From NCBI GenBank assembly GCA_016297695.1, contig JAEDGC010000001.1, positions 23,161 through 87,160 of the forward strand: a stretch of 64,000 nt of DNA. The letters run 5' to 3'. Shown in pieces: positions 39,550-48,178 of this stretch; position 1 is the stretch's first letter; each line of letters opens with the position of its first letter. The notes below the pieces were generated by a model that was not told where the DNA came from, did not search any database, and worked only from the letters and a program-made list of their open reading frames with translations. The stretch comes from Bacilli bacterium (GTDB lineage: Bacteria; Bacillota_I; Bacilli_A; RF39; UBA660). Both the position numbers and the translations under genes were made by a program.

Positions 39550-39550
39550 A

Positions 39551-39967
39551 TTACTTATTCTCCTTTAATTCATTTAACATTCTGTCGAGGTCTGCCTTGT
39601 TTCCGCCGAGTTCAAGAGTAAGAATAATATTCTCAATAGCTTCATTTATTTTTATTCTTCTTGCTCTTGCCGCTTCCTGTGCTTTTTGTCCTATTTCTGT
39701 GGTACTTCCTAAATCATAGGCATCATATATACATATATAGCTATCTCGTAATCTTATTCCGCCAGTTCTTTTATCAAGTCCGTGAATTGCATTAAAGGCT
39801 TTAATTTCTTCTTTAATCATAGGCTTAAATTTTTCATTAAGTCTATCTACTTCCGCACTTATTGCTTCTTTTAATGCGGAGTAAACCTTTTCTTCTTCTG
39901 TTGGTTCACTATAAATTTCTTCGACCATTCTTGTTACATAATCCTTAATTGTCTTTGTTACTCTCAT
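39551..39967 (-). CDS. hypothetical protein
   Basis: 138 aa with the conserved leader and AAAGGAA RBS. Confidence 0.5.
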   Translation of the reverse strand: MRVTKTIKDYVTRMVEEIYSEPTEEEKVYSALKEAISAEVDRLNEKFKPMIKEEIKAFNAIHGLDKRTGGIRLRDSYICIYDAYDLGSTTEIGQKAQEAARARRIKINEAIENIILTLELGGNKADLDRMLNELKENK

Positions 39968-40022
39968 ACTTAAATTCCTTTTCTCTGTTCTGTCGGTTTA
40001 TCAGCTCCCTTATCTTGATTAT

Positions 40023-40051
40023 ATTATAACACATCTTGATTGATTTGTCAA
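40023..40051 (-). promoter_or_regulatory. class-1 promoter
   Basis: TTGACA-17-TATAAT. Confidence 0.65.
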
Positions 40052-40063
40052 GAGTTTTTTGAA

Positions 40064-40528
40064 TTATTTTTCAATTAATCTGAAACAAACTTCTGTCCAG
40101 CCGTCATAACAATTTCCAATTTCCTTCGTAAAACCTTCAAGCTCAAAATTTTCAATTAAATAACTTCTAATTTTGCCGCCCCAAAAGTTACAATTATATT
40201 TCCACCATTTGCGGTCACGGAATTTAAGGTATTTCTGATTATACTTCAAACCCCATCCCATGCCATTATCGAAAAAGTAAAAAGACTTATCTTCTTCATC
40301 CCATTCAGCTATGCGTGGAATATAATAACTAAGAATTTCCTGCGCCCTGTTATCATCCCATTTATATTTACAAATAAGATACGGCTCAATTTTTTCTTTT
40401 ATCTTGATACTCCACCAAATAGGGAACAAAATCACTCTCATTACTTTATATCTGTTTTTGTTCCACCATTTGCGGAAGGTGTGTTCCTTCTCTTTTTTGT
40501 TCATAGCTTTAATTACTTCTTCATTCAT
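40064..40528 (-). CDS. hypothetical W/K-rich protein
   Basis: 154 aa. Confidence 0.5.
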   Translation of the reverse strand: MNEEVIKAMNKKEKEHTFRKWWNKNRYKVMRVILFPIWWSIKIKEKIEPYLICKYKWDDNRAQEILSYYIPRIAEWDEEDKSFYFFDNGMGWGLKYNQKYLKFRDRKWWKYNCNFWGGKIRSYLIENFELEGFTKEIGNCYDGWTEVCFRLIEK

Positions 40529-40560
40529 TTTATTTTATTCCTTTCCTTTACTGTACTTAT

Positions 40561-40589
40561 ATTATATCACATTTTGACTGATTTGTCAA
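40561..40589 (-). promoter_or_regulatory. class-1 promoter
   Basis: TTGACA-17-TATAAT. Confidence 0.65.
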
Positions 40590-40596
40590 GAGGTCT

Positions 40597-40758
40597 TTAA
40601 AAAATTCTCTCTTCAGTGATATAATCGTATCTAAAAATTTCTTCTCCAGTATCAATCACATAAAAGCCGAGCGGAGATACTCTAATTGATAAATCAGTTA
40701 AATCTCCACATCTCACTAAGTCTGTAAAATAGATAACATCTTTTTTAAATTCTGTCAT
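40597..40758 (-). CDS. 53-aa hypothetical protein
   Basis: Hand-verified MTEFKKDVIYFTDLVRCGDLTDLSIRVSPLGFYVIDTGEE... with an AAAGGTG RBS. Confidence 0.4.
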   Translation of the reverse strand: MTEFKKDVIYFTDLVRCGDLTDLSIRVSPLGFYVIDTGEEIFRYDYITEERIF

Positions 40759-40794
40759 AATAATCACCTTTAGCCTTTCCTTTTCTGTATCTTA

Positions 40795-40823
40795 ATTATA
40801 ACATAGTTTAAGCAATTTGTCAA
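40795..40823 (-). promoter_or_regulatory. class-1 promoter
   Basis: TTGACA-17-TATAAT. Confidence 0.65.
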
Positions 40824-41020
40824 GTGTTTTTTTATTGTGATTTTGCACAAAAATTTATAGGATTTTTTATGCATTTTGCCTTTACATTTTTACACATATT
40901 TTATAAATAAAATATTGAGAGCATAAAACATATACAACTTTGCGGCTCTGAGTCTAAGGTATTCGAGCGGCAGGCTCAATTTTATAAAGAATATTCAAGT
41001 ATATATAATATAACACGCTC

Positions 41021-41132
41021 TATACTATATAAGACATAGTATAACATCGCATAATAATACCTTACATTATAAGACATAGCAATAGCCGCATATTACTATA
41101 CAAGACATAATATTGCATAGCATAATAATACT
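41021..41132. repeat. three imperfect about 35-40-bp tandem repeats
   Basis: (C)TATA(T/C)AAGACATA(G/A)...GCATA(A)TA(A)TA occurs three times in the non-coding gap. Confidence 0.55.
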
Positions 41133-41148
41133 TGGTAAAAGGCAACCC

Positions 41149-41562
41149 TTAGAGGGCTACCCTTTCACCTTTTTCTTTTAGCAATATGCCTTTATGCCCA
41201 GCCTTTACCCACTGGTTTATATTGGTTTTATCATCATCTATCAGTATGCCTGTTTTAGTTCTCATATAATCGCATTTTTTACCACTGCCCACGATAACGA
41301 TTATACGATTTGATTTTAATTCCGGTATATACTTTTTAAGCCAATCAATTTTGCCCAGTTTTGCATTTTCACTTGCTGCCTTTGATAATATATACACGCT
41401 TTTACCCTGTTTTATAAGATTACGGATTAAATCAACATTATACATAAAAGGCTCAAGGTTTGCTATCCATTCTCTATTAATAGCATTTACATACTTATAA
41501 GGTTCTTTATGGAAATTACTTATTACGCCGTCCATATCAAAATAATATACTGTTCTTGCCAT
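41149..41562 (-). CDS. HAD-superfamily phosphatase (5'-nucleotidase-like)
   Basis: FDMDGV motif I. ...ILIDDD motif. 137 aa. Confidence 0.6.
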   Translation of the reverse strand: MARTVYYFDMDGVISNFHKEPYKYVNAINREWIANLEPFMYNVDLIRNLIKQGKSVYILSKAASENAKLGKIDWLKKYIPELKSNRIIVIVGSGKKCDYMRTKTGILIDDDKTNINQWVKAGHKGILLKEKGERVAL

Positions 41563-41563
41563 A

Positions 41564-41935
41564 TTATATACCCTCTTTCATTATTCCCATTATTTCTTTA
41601 TAACTTTGTTCAGCGTATTCAATAGCCTTTTCAGATATTTTTTTAATATCGTTTTTACTATTGTTTATATCATATAAGAAATGATCGTTCTGTACTGAAT
41701 TATATTCAGGCATTAAACTCAATTTAAATCTTACGTCAGCCTCTATCTTTTCAAGGGCGGGTTTGCTTATATTTTCAAAGCCTATTGAAGTATATATTTT
41801 AAACACCTCTTTTTTATTTAATTCATTTTCTCTTGCTTTAGGGGTTCTGCCGGTAATGCCTATTTTAAAGCAACCATATTTTTTCCTTTTGTACTGATAC
41901 CCGATATAAAAGTAGCCTGTGTTAAAGATTTTCAT
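41564..41935 (-). CDS. T5orf172/GIY-YIG-like domain protein
   Basis: FYIGY...GCFKIGITGRTPKARENEL... resembles the T5orf172 (GIY-YIG-related) family (from memory). Confidence 0.45.
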   Translation of the reverse strand: MKIFNTGYFYIGYQYKRKKYGCFKIGITGRTPKARENELNKKEVFKIYTSIGFENISKPALEKIEADVRFKLSLMPEYNSVQNDHFLYDINNSKNDIKKISEKAIEYAEQSYKEIMGIMKEGI

Positions 41936-42000
41936 TTTAAATCCCTTGCCTTTTCTCAGTTTTAAAGAATTTATCTGTTCTTTTGTTTTATTGTGTCTTT

Positions 42001-42029
42001 ATTATAGCACAGGTTTTCCAATTTGTCAA
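42001..42029 (-). promoter_or_regulatory. class-1 promoter (leftmost-transcribing unit of the divergent region)
   Basis: TTGACA-17-TATAAT. Confidence 0.65.
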
Positions 42030-42341
42030 GCCTTTTTTTGAAAAAATTTTTTCGTCAAAATATACAAAAAAATATGCGGTTTTTGTGCAATTTGACGGTA
42101 CTATATTTACCTATATATATGACGGGTATATATAGGGAAATAAGGTATTGACTGGAAGAAACTGGTATTCCCTCGACAACTCCCACTCCAAAAAATTTTT
42201 TCCAATATCAAAACACGACAAACTTTTCTTTCAATAATATACGATAATAACCCTATTAAACCAGGAAAATCAAAACTCAAATCATCAATTCAATTTTGTA
42301 AAAAAATTACCCATGCACAAAAACTCCAATTCCCGCTTTAC

Positions 42342-42370
42342 TTGACTTCATGTAAAATTTTTGCTATACT
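42342..42370 (+). promoter_or_regulatory. promoter of the rightward (packaging/structural) block
   Basis: TTGACT-TCATGTAAAATTTTTGC-TATACT. ATGCACAAAAA motif 20 nt upstream. Confidence 0.6.
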
Positions 42371-42395
42371 AATAAAAGAAAGGAGAATGAACCTC

Positions 42396-43448
42396 ATGAA
42401 ATTAGATTTTACTATTCAAGATGCTAAAGAAAGAGTTAAATATGTAGAAAATATTTTACAAGATCCTAATATTAATCCTACTCCTTCTCTTTTAGAAAAA
42501 TTAGCAGACTATATTATTTTTGCTCAAGATAAACAAGAGCGTAAAGAAAAAAAGATTTTAACAGATAATAGATTAGCAACTGTAAATAAACGAGAAACTT
42601 CTTATGAGGGTTTGGTTGCTAAATTTGAAAATGGGGAGGATGGTGTCTACAACTTAATGAGTTCTAATAAAAATGTCTTATTAGTTCCAAAAATTGCCAT
42701 CACCCCACAAGATTTAAAAGATATTCCAGAATTATCAAATTTAAAAGAAGATATAAAAACAATAGAAGGACAGTTCTCAAAAGCTACCGGCCGCCGCAAA
42801 TATCTTCTAAAAAAGCAATTAATAGAAATGCACCAAGACCAATATGTAATTAAAAATGCAGCAAAACCGCCCGTAAAAGCTAACAACCTCGCCAAAACAA
42901 TAAACAGTATAGACTTATATGAACAGATTACTTTTGATGAAAGCGGCGAACCAGTTAGTAATTGTATAATAAATTTTTTCAATCCATTACACATATCTGC
43001 GCTATTGTGTAATTATTCTGCGCTAAAGCAAGAAGTGTCAGAATGTTTTTGGGGCGATGCGTATTATATGATGTTAGACTTTGATGCGTTATGTTCTGCG
43101 GCTTTGGATGATAAGCCTATATTTTTGCGGCTTGTGGAATATAAGGTAGACGGTTTACAAAATTTGGAAATACAGGCTCTAATAAAAGATGAATTTGATA
43201 TTAAGTATACTGTTGAATATATTTCTGCTCTTTGGCGCAAAAAGATACCCAAAATTATTGCGGATAAGGCAAAAGAACAGTATATAAATTGGTATTTTAC
43301 TTATAAAGAAAAAGGCGCATATAAAAAATGTTCACGCTGTGGACAAAATAAATTAAAAATTAATCGTTACTTTTCTAAAAACAACACCAGTAAAGATGGC
43401 TATTATAGTATATGCAAAGAGTGTAGAAATAAGGCGGCAAATAAATGA
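42396..43448 (+). CDS. hypothetical protein with C-terminal zinc ribbon (first gene of the rightward operon)
   Basis: ATG 42396 about 10 nt after AGGAG (the track start lies inside the promoter). C-terminal CSRCG...CKEC. Confidence 0.5.
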   Translation: MKLDFTIQDAKERVKYVENILQDPNINPTPSLLEKLADYIIFAQDKQERKEKKILTDNRLATVNKRETSYEGLVAKFENGEDGVYNLMSSNKNVLLVPKIAITPQDLKDIPELSNLKEDIKTIEGQFSKATGRRKYLLKKQLIEMHQDQYVIKNAAKPPVKANNLAKTINSIDLYEQITFDESGEPVSNCIINFFNPLHISALLCNYSALKQEVSECFWGDAYYMMLDFDALCSAALDDKPIFLRLVEYKVDGLQNLEIQALIKDEFDIKYTVEYISALWRKKIPKIIADKAKEQYINWYFTYKEKGAYKKCSRCGQNKLKINRYFSKNNTSKDGYYSICKECRNKAANK

Positions 43449-43759
43449 TTTGCGAAAGATGTAAAAAAGATAAGGTGCCTTCCAAATTTTTACAATTTAA
43501 AGATAAACAAATCAAACCAGTTTGTAAAGATTGTCTTTATTCAAATATAAAAGATGAAAATATAGAAACAATTCTACCATTAATGCAAGAGTTTAATATA
43601 CCTTATATAGAAGATGTATGGCGGCGACTATTAAATAATAAACCAATTACCGCACCATCTATTTTTGGTAAATATCTTGCAACAATGAAACTATATAGTT
43701 ATTCTTCTTTTGGTTATAATGATAGCTATCTATTTAATAACAAGGAGAGTGATTTATAA
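43445..43759 (+). CDS. zinc-ribbon protein, paralog of the N-terminus of 43761..44936
   Basis: CERC...CKDC, then ...FNIPYIEDVW...IFGKYLATMKL, versus CQKC...CKKC...LDVPYIEAEW...VFGKYIAKMKL. Confidence 0.5.
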   Translation: MICERCKKDKVPSKFLQFKDKQIKPVCKDCLYSNIKDENIETILPLMQEFNIPYIEDVWRRLLNNKPITAPSIFGKYLATMKLYSYSSFGYNDSYLFNNKESDL

Positions 43760-43760
43760 A

Positions 43761-44936
43761 ATGGCAAAAAAGATTTGTCAAAAATGCCATAAAGAAATGG
43801 AGGATGGCAATTTTTATACATATAGAAATGGTGAAAAAACAGAGCTATGTAAAAAATGTTTAACCATGCATATAGATAATTTTGATCCTTCAACCTTTTT
43901 ATGGCTTTGTGAAAAATTAGATGTACCATACATAGAGGCGGAATGGAATGTCCTAAGAGACAGGGCTTATGCAAAAGACCCCACTAAAATGAATGGTATG
44001 TCTGTATTTGGTAAATATATAGCCAAAATGAAACTAAAACAATGGAAACAATATACTTGGGCGGATACTGAAAGATTAGCGGAAGAAGCAAAAAAAGCTG
44101 CGGAAGAACAATTAGCAAAAGAAAAAGAACAAGAAGCTTATGCAGAGGTGGCTTTCGCACAAAACTTAATATCAGAAGCTCAATATAAAACATTAGTATC
44201 AACAGAAACTCAACATAAAAATGATAAACCTGCGGCGCCTCCGCCAATAGAAGAAACATACTTCTTTGATGAAGATTATCTTCCAGATTTTGCGGCAAGC
44301 TTAACAGAAGATGATAAAATAAAAATGGCATTAAAATGGGGCAGATATTATAAACCATCTGAGTGGGTTGAATTGGAAAAAGCTTATACTGATATGGAAA
44401 ATTCATTTGATATACAAGATGCGGATACCCGCAATACTCTAATACTCTTGTGTAAGACAAATTTAAAAATGAATCAAGCCCTAGACAGCGGAGATATAGA
44501 AACCTACAAAAAGTTAAGCACTGTATCTGATAGTTTAAGAAAATCAGCAAAATTTACTGCCGCACAAAATAAAGAAAAGAAAGAAGAATTTGTTGATAGT
44601 GTAGGTCAGATTGTTTACTATTGTGAAAAATGGGGCGGACAAATTCCAAGATTTAAAATAGAAGCTCCGCAAGATATTATTGATACTATTATTAATGATA
44701 ATAAACAATATATTAAAAACTTATTTTATCAAGATACTGCGCTGGCTCGTCAAATGGAAGACTACTTAAAGAAAAGAGAAATTGCTGAACAACAACATAG
44801 AGATATGCTATTGGCAAAATCAAAAGGACAAGATTATGTAGAGATTTCTGATGCGGATATCATAGAACATCAAGAAAATTTGCGGAAGATGCAAGAAGAG
44901 TCAGAGCAAATTTCTAATGGGGAGGCTGATGAATAA
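43761..44936 (+). CDS. zinc-ribbon/coiled-coil protein upstream of terL (possible small terminase, by position only)
   Basis: ATG 43761 after AAGGAGAG. 391 aa. Stop overlaps the terL start. Confidence 0.4.
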   Translation: MAKKICQKCHKEMEDGNFYTYRNGEKTELCKKCLTMHIDNFDPSTFLWLCEKLDVPYIEAEWNVLRDRAYAKDPTKMNGMSVFGKYIAKMKLKQWKQYTWADTERLAEEAKKAAEEQLAKEKEQEAYAEVAFAQNLISEAQYKTLVSTETQHKNDKPAAPPPIEETYFFDEDYLPDFAASLTEDDKIKMALKWGRYYKPSEWVELEKAYTDMENSFDIQDADTRNTLILLCKTNLKMNQALDSGDIETYKKLSTVSDSLRKSAKFTAAQNKEKKEEFVDSVGQIVYYCEKWGGQIPRFKIEAPQDIIDTIINDNKQYIKNLFYQDTALARQMEDYLKKREIAEQQHRDMLLAKSKGQDYVEISDADIIEHQENLRKMQEESEQISNGEADE

Positions 44937-45271
44937 TGGCATTAGCTGACATTATTGCTCTCTCTTGTGAAGATTCTAACAAAAAAAGTGGTATGTCAGA
45001 AGAAAGACTTAGGGCGCAATTGGAAAATTTACGCTATTTAATCAGTTTTTTTAGAGAATATCCAGATTTATTTGTAGATTTTATTAAGGGAGAAGATTGT
45101 AATTTTAAATTTTTCTTCTATCAGAGAGTATTTTTGCGACAAGTCATGCGCTATAGATTTGTTTACGCAACCTATCCGCGCGCATTCTCTAAGTCATTTT
45201 TATCTATTATGGCATTAATGTTAAAAGCAATTTTATACCCAGGTTGTGAGCTCTTCATAACTACTGGTGGT
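44936..45271 (+). CDS. terL: terminase large subunit, exon 1
   Basis: ...FVYATYPRAFSKSF (deviant Walker A)...LFITTGG. The ORF runs into a stop 15 nt after the proposed 5' splice site (the U at 45271). Confidence 0.75.
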
Positions 45272-46261
45272 AAATTTATATTTATATAATTTCAAATTTT
45301 TATAAAGGAGTTTTATAATGAGTGCAACAAATAATATAAGACATTTTGAAATTATAGATACAGAAGAAAAAGCTTATTGGTTAGGATTTTTATATGCAGA
45401 TGGTTCAGTTGGTTCTACTGATAATCGAATTGAGTTAGGATTAGCAGAGAAAGATTTAACTCATATTGAAAAGTTTAAAGAATTTATTGGAATACCAAAT
45501 AAAATTAGTTATAGACCTCAAACTAAATCTTATCGTTATTCTTTTAAAAGTATTCCTTGTAAAGAGGATTTGATAAACCACGGATGTGTACCTAAAAAAT
45601 CTTTAATCTTAAAATTTCCAACAGAAGAACAAGTTCCAGAGCATCTAATAAGACATTTTATTAGAGGATATTTTGATGGAGATGGTTGGTTTAGCAATAC
45701 TTCCTCTTGTTTCCAAGTTGGGATTATTGGAACTGAAGATTTTATAAGAGGTTTTTTAAATATAATTGATATTCAAAATAAAAGTAATAAAATTTTTATA
45801 GTACATAGAGAGCAAGGAGCTAAAAGATATGTTTTTAGTGGATTAAATGATGTAACTAATTTTTTAAACTGGATATATAAAGATTCTACAATATACTTAG
45901 ATAGAAAGTATGAACATTATTTAGATTTTATAAATAATGGAAGTAAGTATCATAAAAAAAAATAAATATAATTTGCCGTATAATATAGTAATATGTTATA
46001 TGATTACTGCGGAATTAAGCGGGAAGGCTGAGATGCTAATCCGAACCGAAGGCTATGCAAAGTATAGTCAGGGGCAACGCATAGTAGGTGAAAAGATATA
46101 ATCCTACCACGAGGCCGCAGCATAAAAGCTATAGGCTTTTTGAGATTATCTCACCAATAATCAATACCTACCGTTATAACGAGGATGAAAAGATATGCTG
46201 AGCTTATGAGAAAATGAATCATAAGAAATAAATGATAAAAAGCATTTATGATAACAAACTG
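45272..46261 (+). mobile_element. group I intron (990 nt) with LAGLIDADG ORF
   Basis: Exon 1 ends in U and the intron ends in G (46261). The 3' non-coding 300 nt contains AAGCGGGAAGG / AATCCGAACC / AAGTATAGTCAGG / AAAGATATAATCC strings. Joining 45271 to 46262 keeps the frame (…TTGG|KEQAAS…). Confidence 0.7.
45318..45965 (+). CDS. double-motif LAGLIDADG homing endonuclease
   Basis: LGFLYADGSV and IRGYFDGDGWF motifs. Own AAAGGAG RBS. Confidence 0.85.
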   Translation: MSATNNIRHFEIIDTEEKAYWLGFLYADGSVGSTDNRIELGLAEKDLTHIEKFKEFIGIPNKISYRPQTKSYRYSFKSIPCKEDLINHGCVPKKSLILKFPTEEQVPEHLIRHFIRGYFDGDGWFSNTSSCFQVGIIGTEDFIRGFLNIIDIQNKSNKIFIVHREQGAKRYVFSGLNDVTNFLNWIYKDSTIYLDRKYEHYLDFINNGSKYHKKK

Positions 46262-47656
46262 AAAGAACAGGCCGCGTCAATCACTATGAGCAAGGTCGAA
46301 GAAATATGTAAGCTGATTCCTGCGTTGCAGAACGAGATTAAGTGGGACAGGGGCGCAACTAAAAAGACTAAAGATAGTGTTGAATATGTATTTAAAAATG
46401 GTAGTAAAATTAATATACTTCCCGCAAAAGAAAGCTCCCGAGGCCAAAGGCGCACAGGAGGACTCATGGAAGAGTGTGTTCTGATAGACCAGGAAGCCCT
46501 AAATGAAATTATTATACCTACAACCAACGTTGACAGATTATTGCCAGACGGAACCCGTCATAAGGAAGAGATTATCAATAAATCTCAAGTGTATATTACT
46601 ACAGCAGGCTATAAGAACTCATTCGCATATTCAAAATTAATTGAGTTATTTATACAAAGCGTAATAGATCCAAATCTTGTTACAGTAATGGGCGGAACTT
46701 ATGAAACTCCTGTTGCGGAGGGTCTTATTGCAGATGACTTCGTCGCACAACTGAAACTGCAAGGTACTTTCAATGAGGACTCGTTTGATCGAGAATATCG
46801 CAGTGTCTGGACCGGAGATGTAAGTAATGCATTCTTCTCTGCGGAGAAGTTTGATAAACATAGACAATTACTCCAACCTGAATATCAATTAAATAACAAG
46901 ATAGGAAAAACTACTTATTACGTTATTGGAGTCGATGTTGGTAGATTAGACTGTACAACAGAAGCGGTTGTTATGAAAGTGGCTCCGCAGCAGCAAGGAA
47001 CTGCATTAAAAAGTGTTGTTAATATATTTAGTTATGTTGCAGAAGATTTTGAACAGCAGGCTATAAAATTAAAGAAATTATTTTTCAAATTCCACGCAAA
47101 AGCATTAGCTATTGATGGTAACGGACTGGGTATTGGATTAATAGATTTTATGATAAAATCCCAAGTTGATCCCGAAACATCTGAAATATTACCACCTTTT
47201 GGAATTATTAATGATGATAAAGGTGAATATAAAAAGTATAAAACTGCGGATATGGTAAATAATGCTATTTATATAATAAAAGCAAATGCACCAATCAATA
47301 CAGAATGTTATACTTATGCGCAGACTCAAATGGGAAGTGGAAAAGTTAAATTCTTAATTGATGATAGCTCCGCAAAAACAAAACTTATGCAAACAAAAGT
47401 GGGACAGAATATGACTGTTGAACAAAGAAATGAATATTTAATGCCATTCTTAAATACTACTATTTTAAGAGAACAAATTTTAAATTTAGTACAAGAGAAT
47501 GAAGGTATAAATATTATTTTAAAACAATCAAATAGAGGTATTAAAAAAGATAAATTTTCTGCTTTTATTTATGGTTTATATTTTATTAAACAAGAAGAAG
47601 ATAGAAAGAAAAAGAGAAGAAGCAGAGATATGTCAGAATTTTTATTATTCTCTTAA
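46262..47656 (+). CDS. terL: terminase large subunit, exon 2
   Basis: KEQAASITMSKVEEI...GLMEECVLID (Walker B-like)...IGVDVGRLD and LAIDGNGLG (RNase H-like nuclease aspartates). Precedes the portal gene. Confidence 0.75.
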   Translation, partial: KEQAASITMSKVEEICKLIPALQNEIKWDRGATKKTKDSVEYVFKNGSKINILPAKESSRGQRRTGGLMEECVLIDQEALNEIIIPTTNVDRLLPDGTRHKEEIINKSQVYITTAGYKNSFAYSKLIELFIQSVIDPNLVTVMGGTYETPVAEGLIADDFVAQLKLQGTFNEDSFDREYRSVWTGDVSNAFFSAEKFDKHRQLLQPEYQLNNKIGKTTYYVIGVDVGRLDCTTEAVVMKVAPQQQGTALKSVVNIFSYVAEDFEQQAIKLKKLFFKFHAKALAIDGNGLGIGLIDFMIKSQVDPETSEILPPFGIINDDKGEYKKYKTADMVNNAIYIIKANAPINTECYTYAQTQMGSGKVKFLIDDSSAKTKLMQTKVGQNMTVEQRNEYLMPFLNTTILREQILNLVQENEGINIILKQSNRGIKKDKFSAFIYGLYFIKQEEDRKKKRRSRDMSEFLLFS

Positions 47657-47756
47657 AAAATTTTAGGACAACGAAGTTTAAATATTTCTTCTTTATTTTT
47701 AAGATTATAAGATAAAGGAGAAATATCACTTTATAAACAGAAAGGGCGTTATTTTT

Positions 47757-48116
47757 ATGAAAGCAAGTCGTGGAGAAATAAAAATATTTGATATTTTAAC
47801 TGCGGCAGGTCTGAATTTTGAAGAAGAATATAGCTTTCCAGATCTAGTAAGTGCTAAAAAAGCGCCGTTAAGATTTGATTTTGCAGTATTTGATGATGAT
47901 GGAGATTTAGATTTTTTAATTGAGTATCAAGGTATACAGCATTATCTTCCTAAAGAAAAATTTGGCGGATTAGCTGGATTAAGAAAACAGCAGTTTAATG
48001 ATATGTTAAAAAGAGAGTATTGCCGCAAACATAATATAACTTTAGTTGAAATACCTTATACAGAAGAAGGTCTTCTTGATTATGATTTAATTATGACTAA
48101 AGCAGGTTATAATTAA
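47757..48116 (+). CDS. Vsr/DUF559-like PD-(D/E)XK nuclease (free-standing, homing-endonuclease-like)
   Basis: 119 aa. ...RFDFAVFDDDGDLDFLIEYQGIQHY... has the D...E.Q pattern of the Vsr-like fold. Inserted between terL and the portal gene. Confidence 0.45.
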   Translation: MKASRGEIKIFDILTAAGLNFEEEYSFPDLVSAKKAPLRFDFAVFDDDGDLDFLIEYQGIQHYLPKEKFGGLAGLRKQQFNDMLKREYCRKHNITLVEIPYTEEGLLDYDLIMTKAGYN

Positions 48117-48122
48117 TTAAAG

Positions 48123-48151
48123 TTGACAAAGATGAAAATTTTTGGTATACT
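48123..48151 (+). promoter_or_regulatory. consensus-type promoter upstream of the portal gene
   Basis: TTGACA-AAGATGAAAATTTTTGG-TATACT. Confidence 0.55.
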
Positions 48152-48178
48152 ATACAAAGAGAAAGGAGAAGGATAGTT

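Noticed and set aside
45272-46261. Intein rather than intron in terL.
   Set aside because: The intervening sequence has in-frame stops on both sides. The LAGLIDADG ORF has its own RBS and start codon and is in a separate frame context, followed by 300 nt of non-coding structured sequence.
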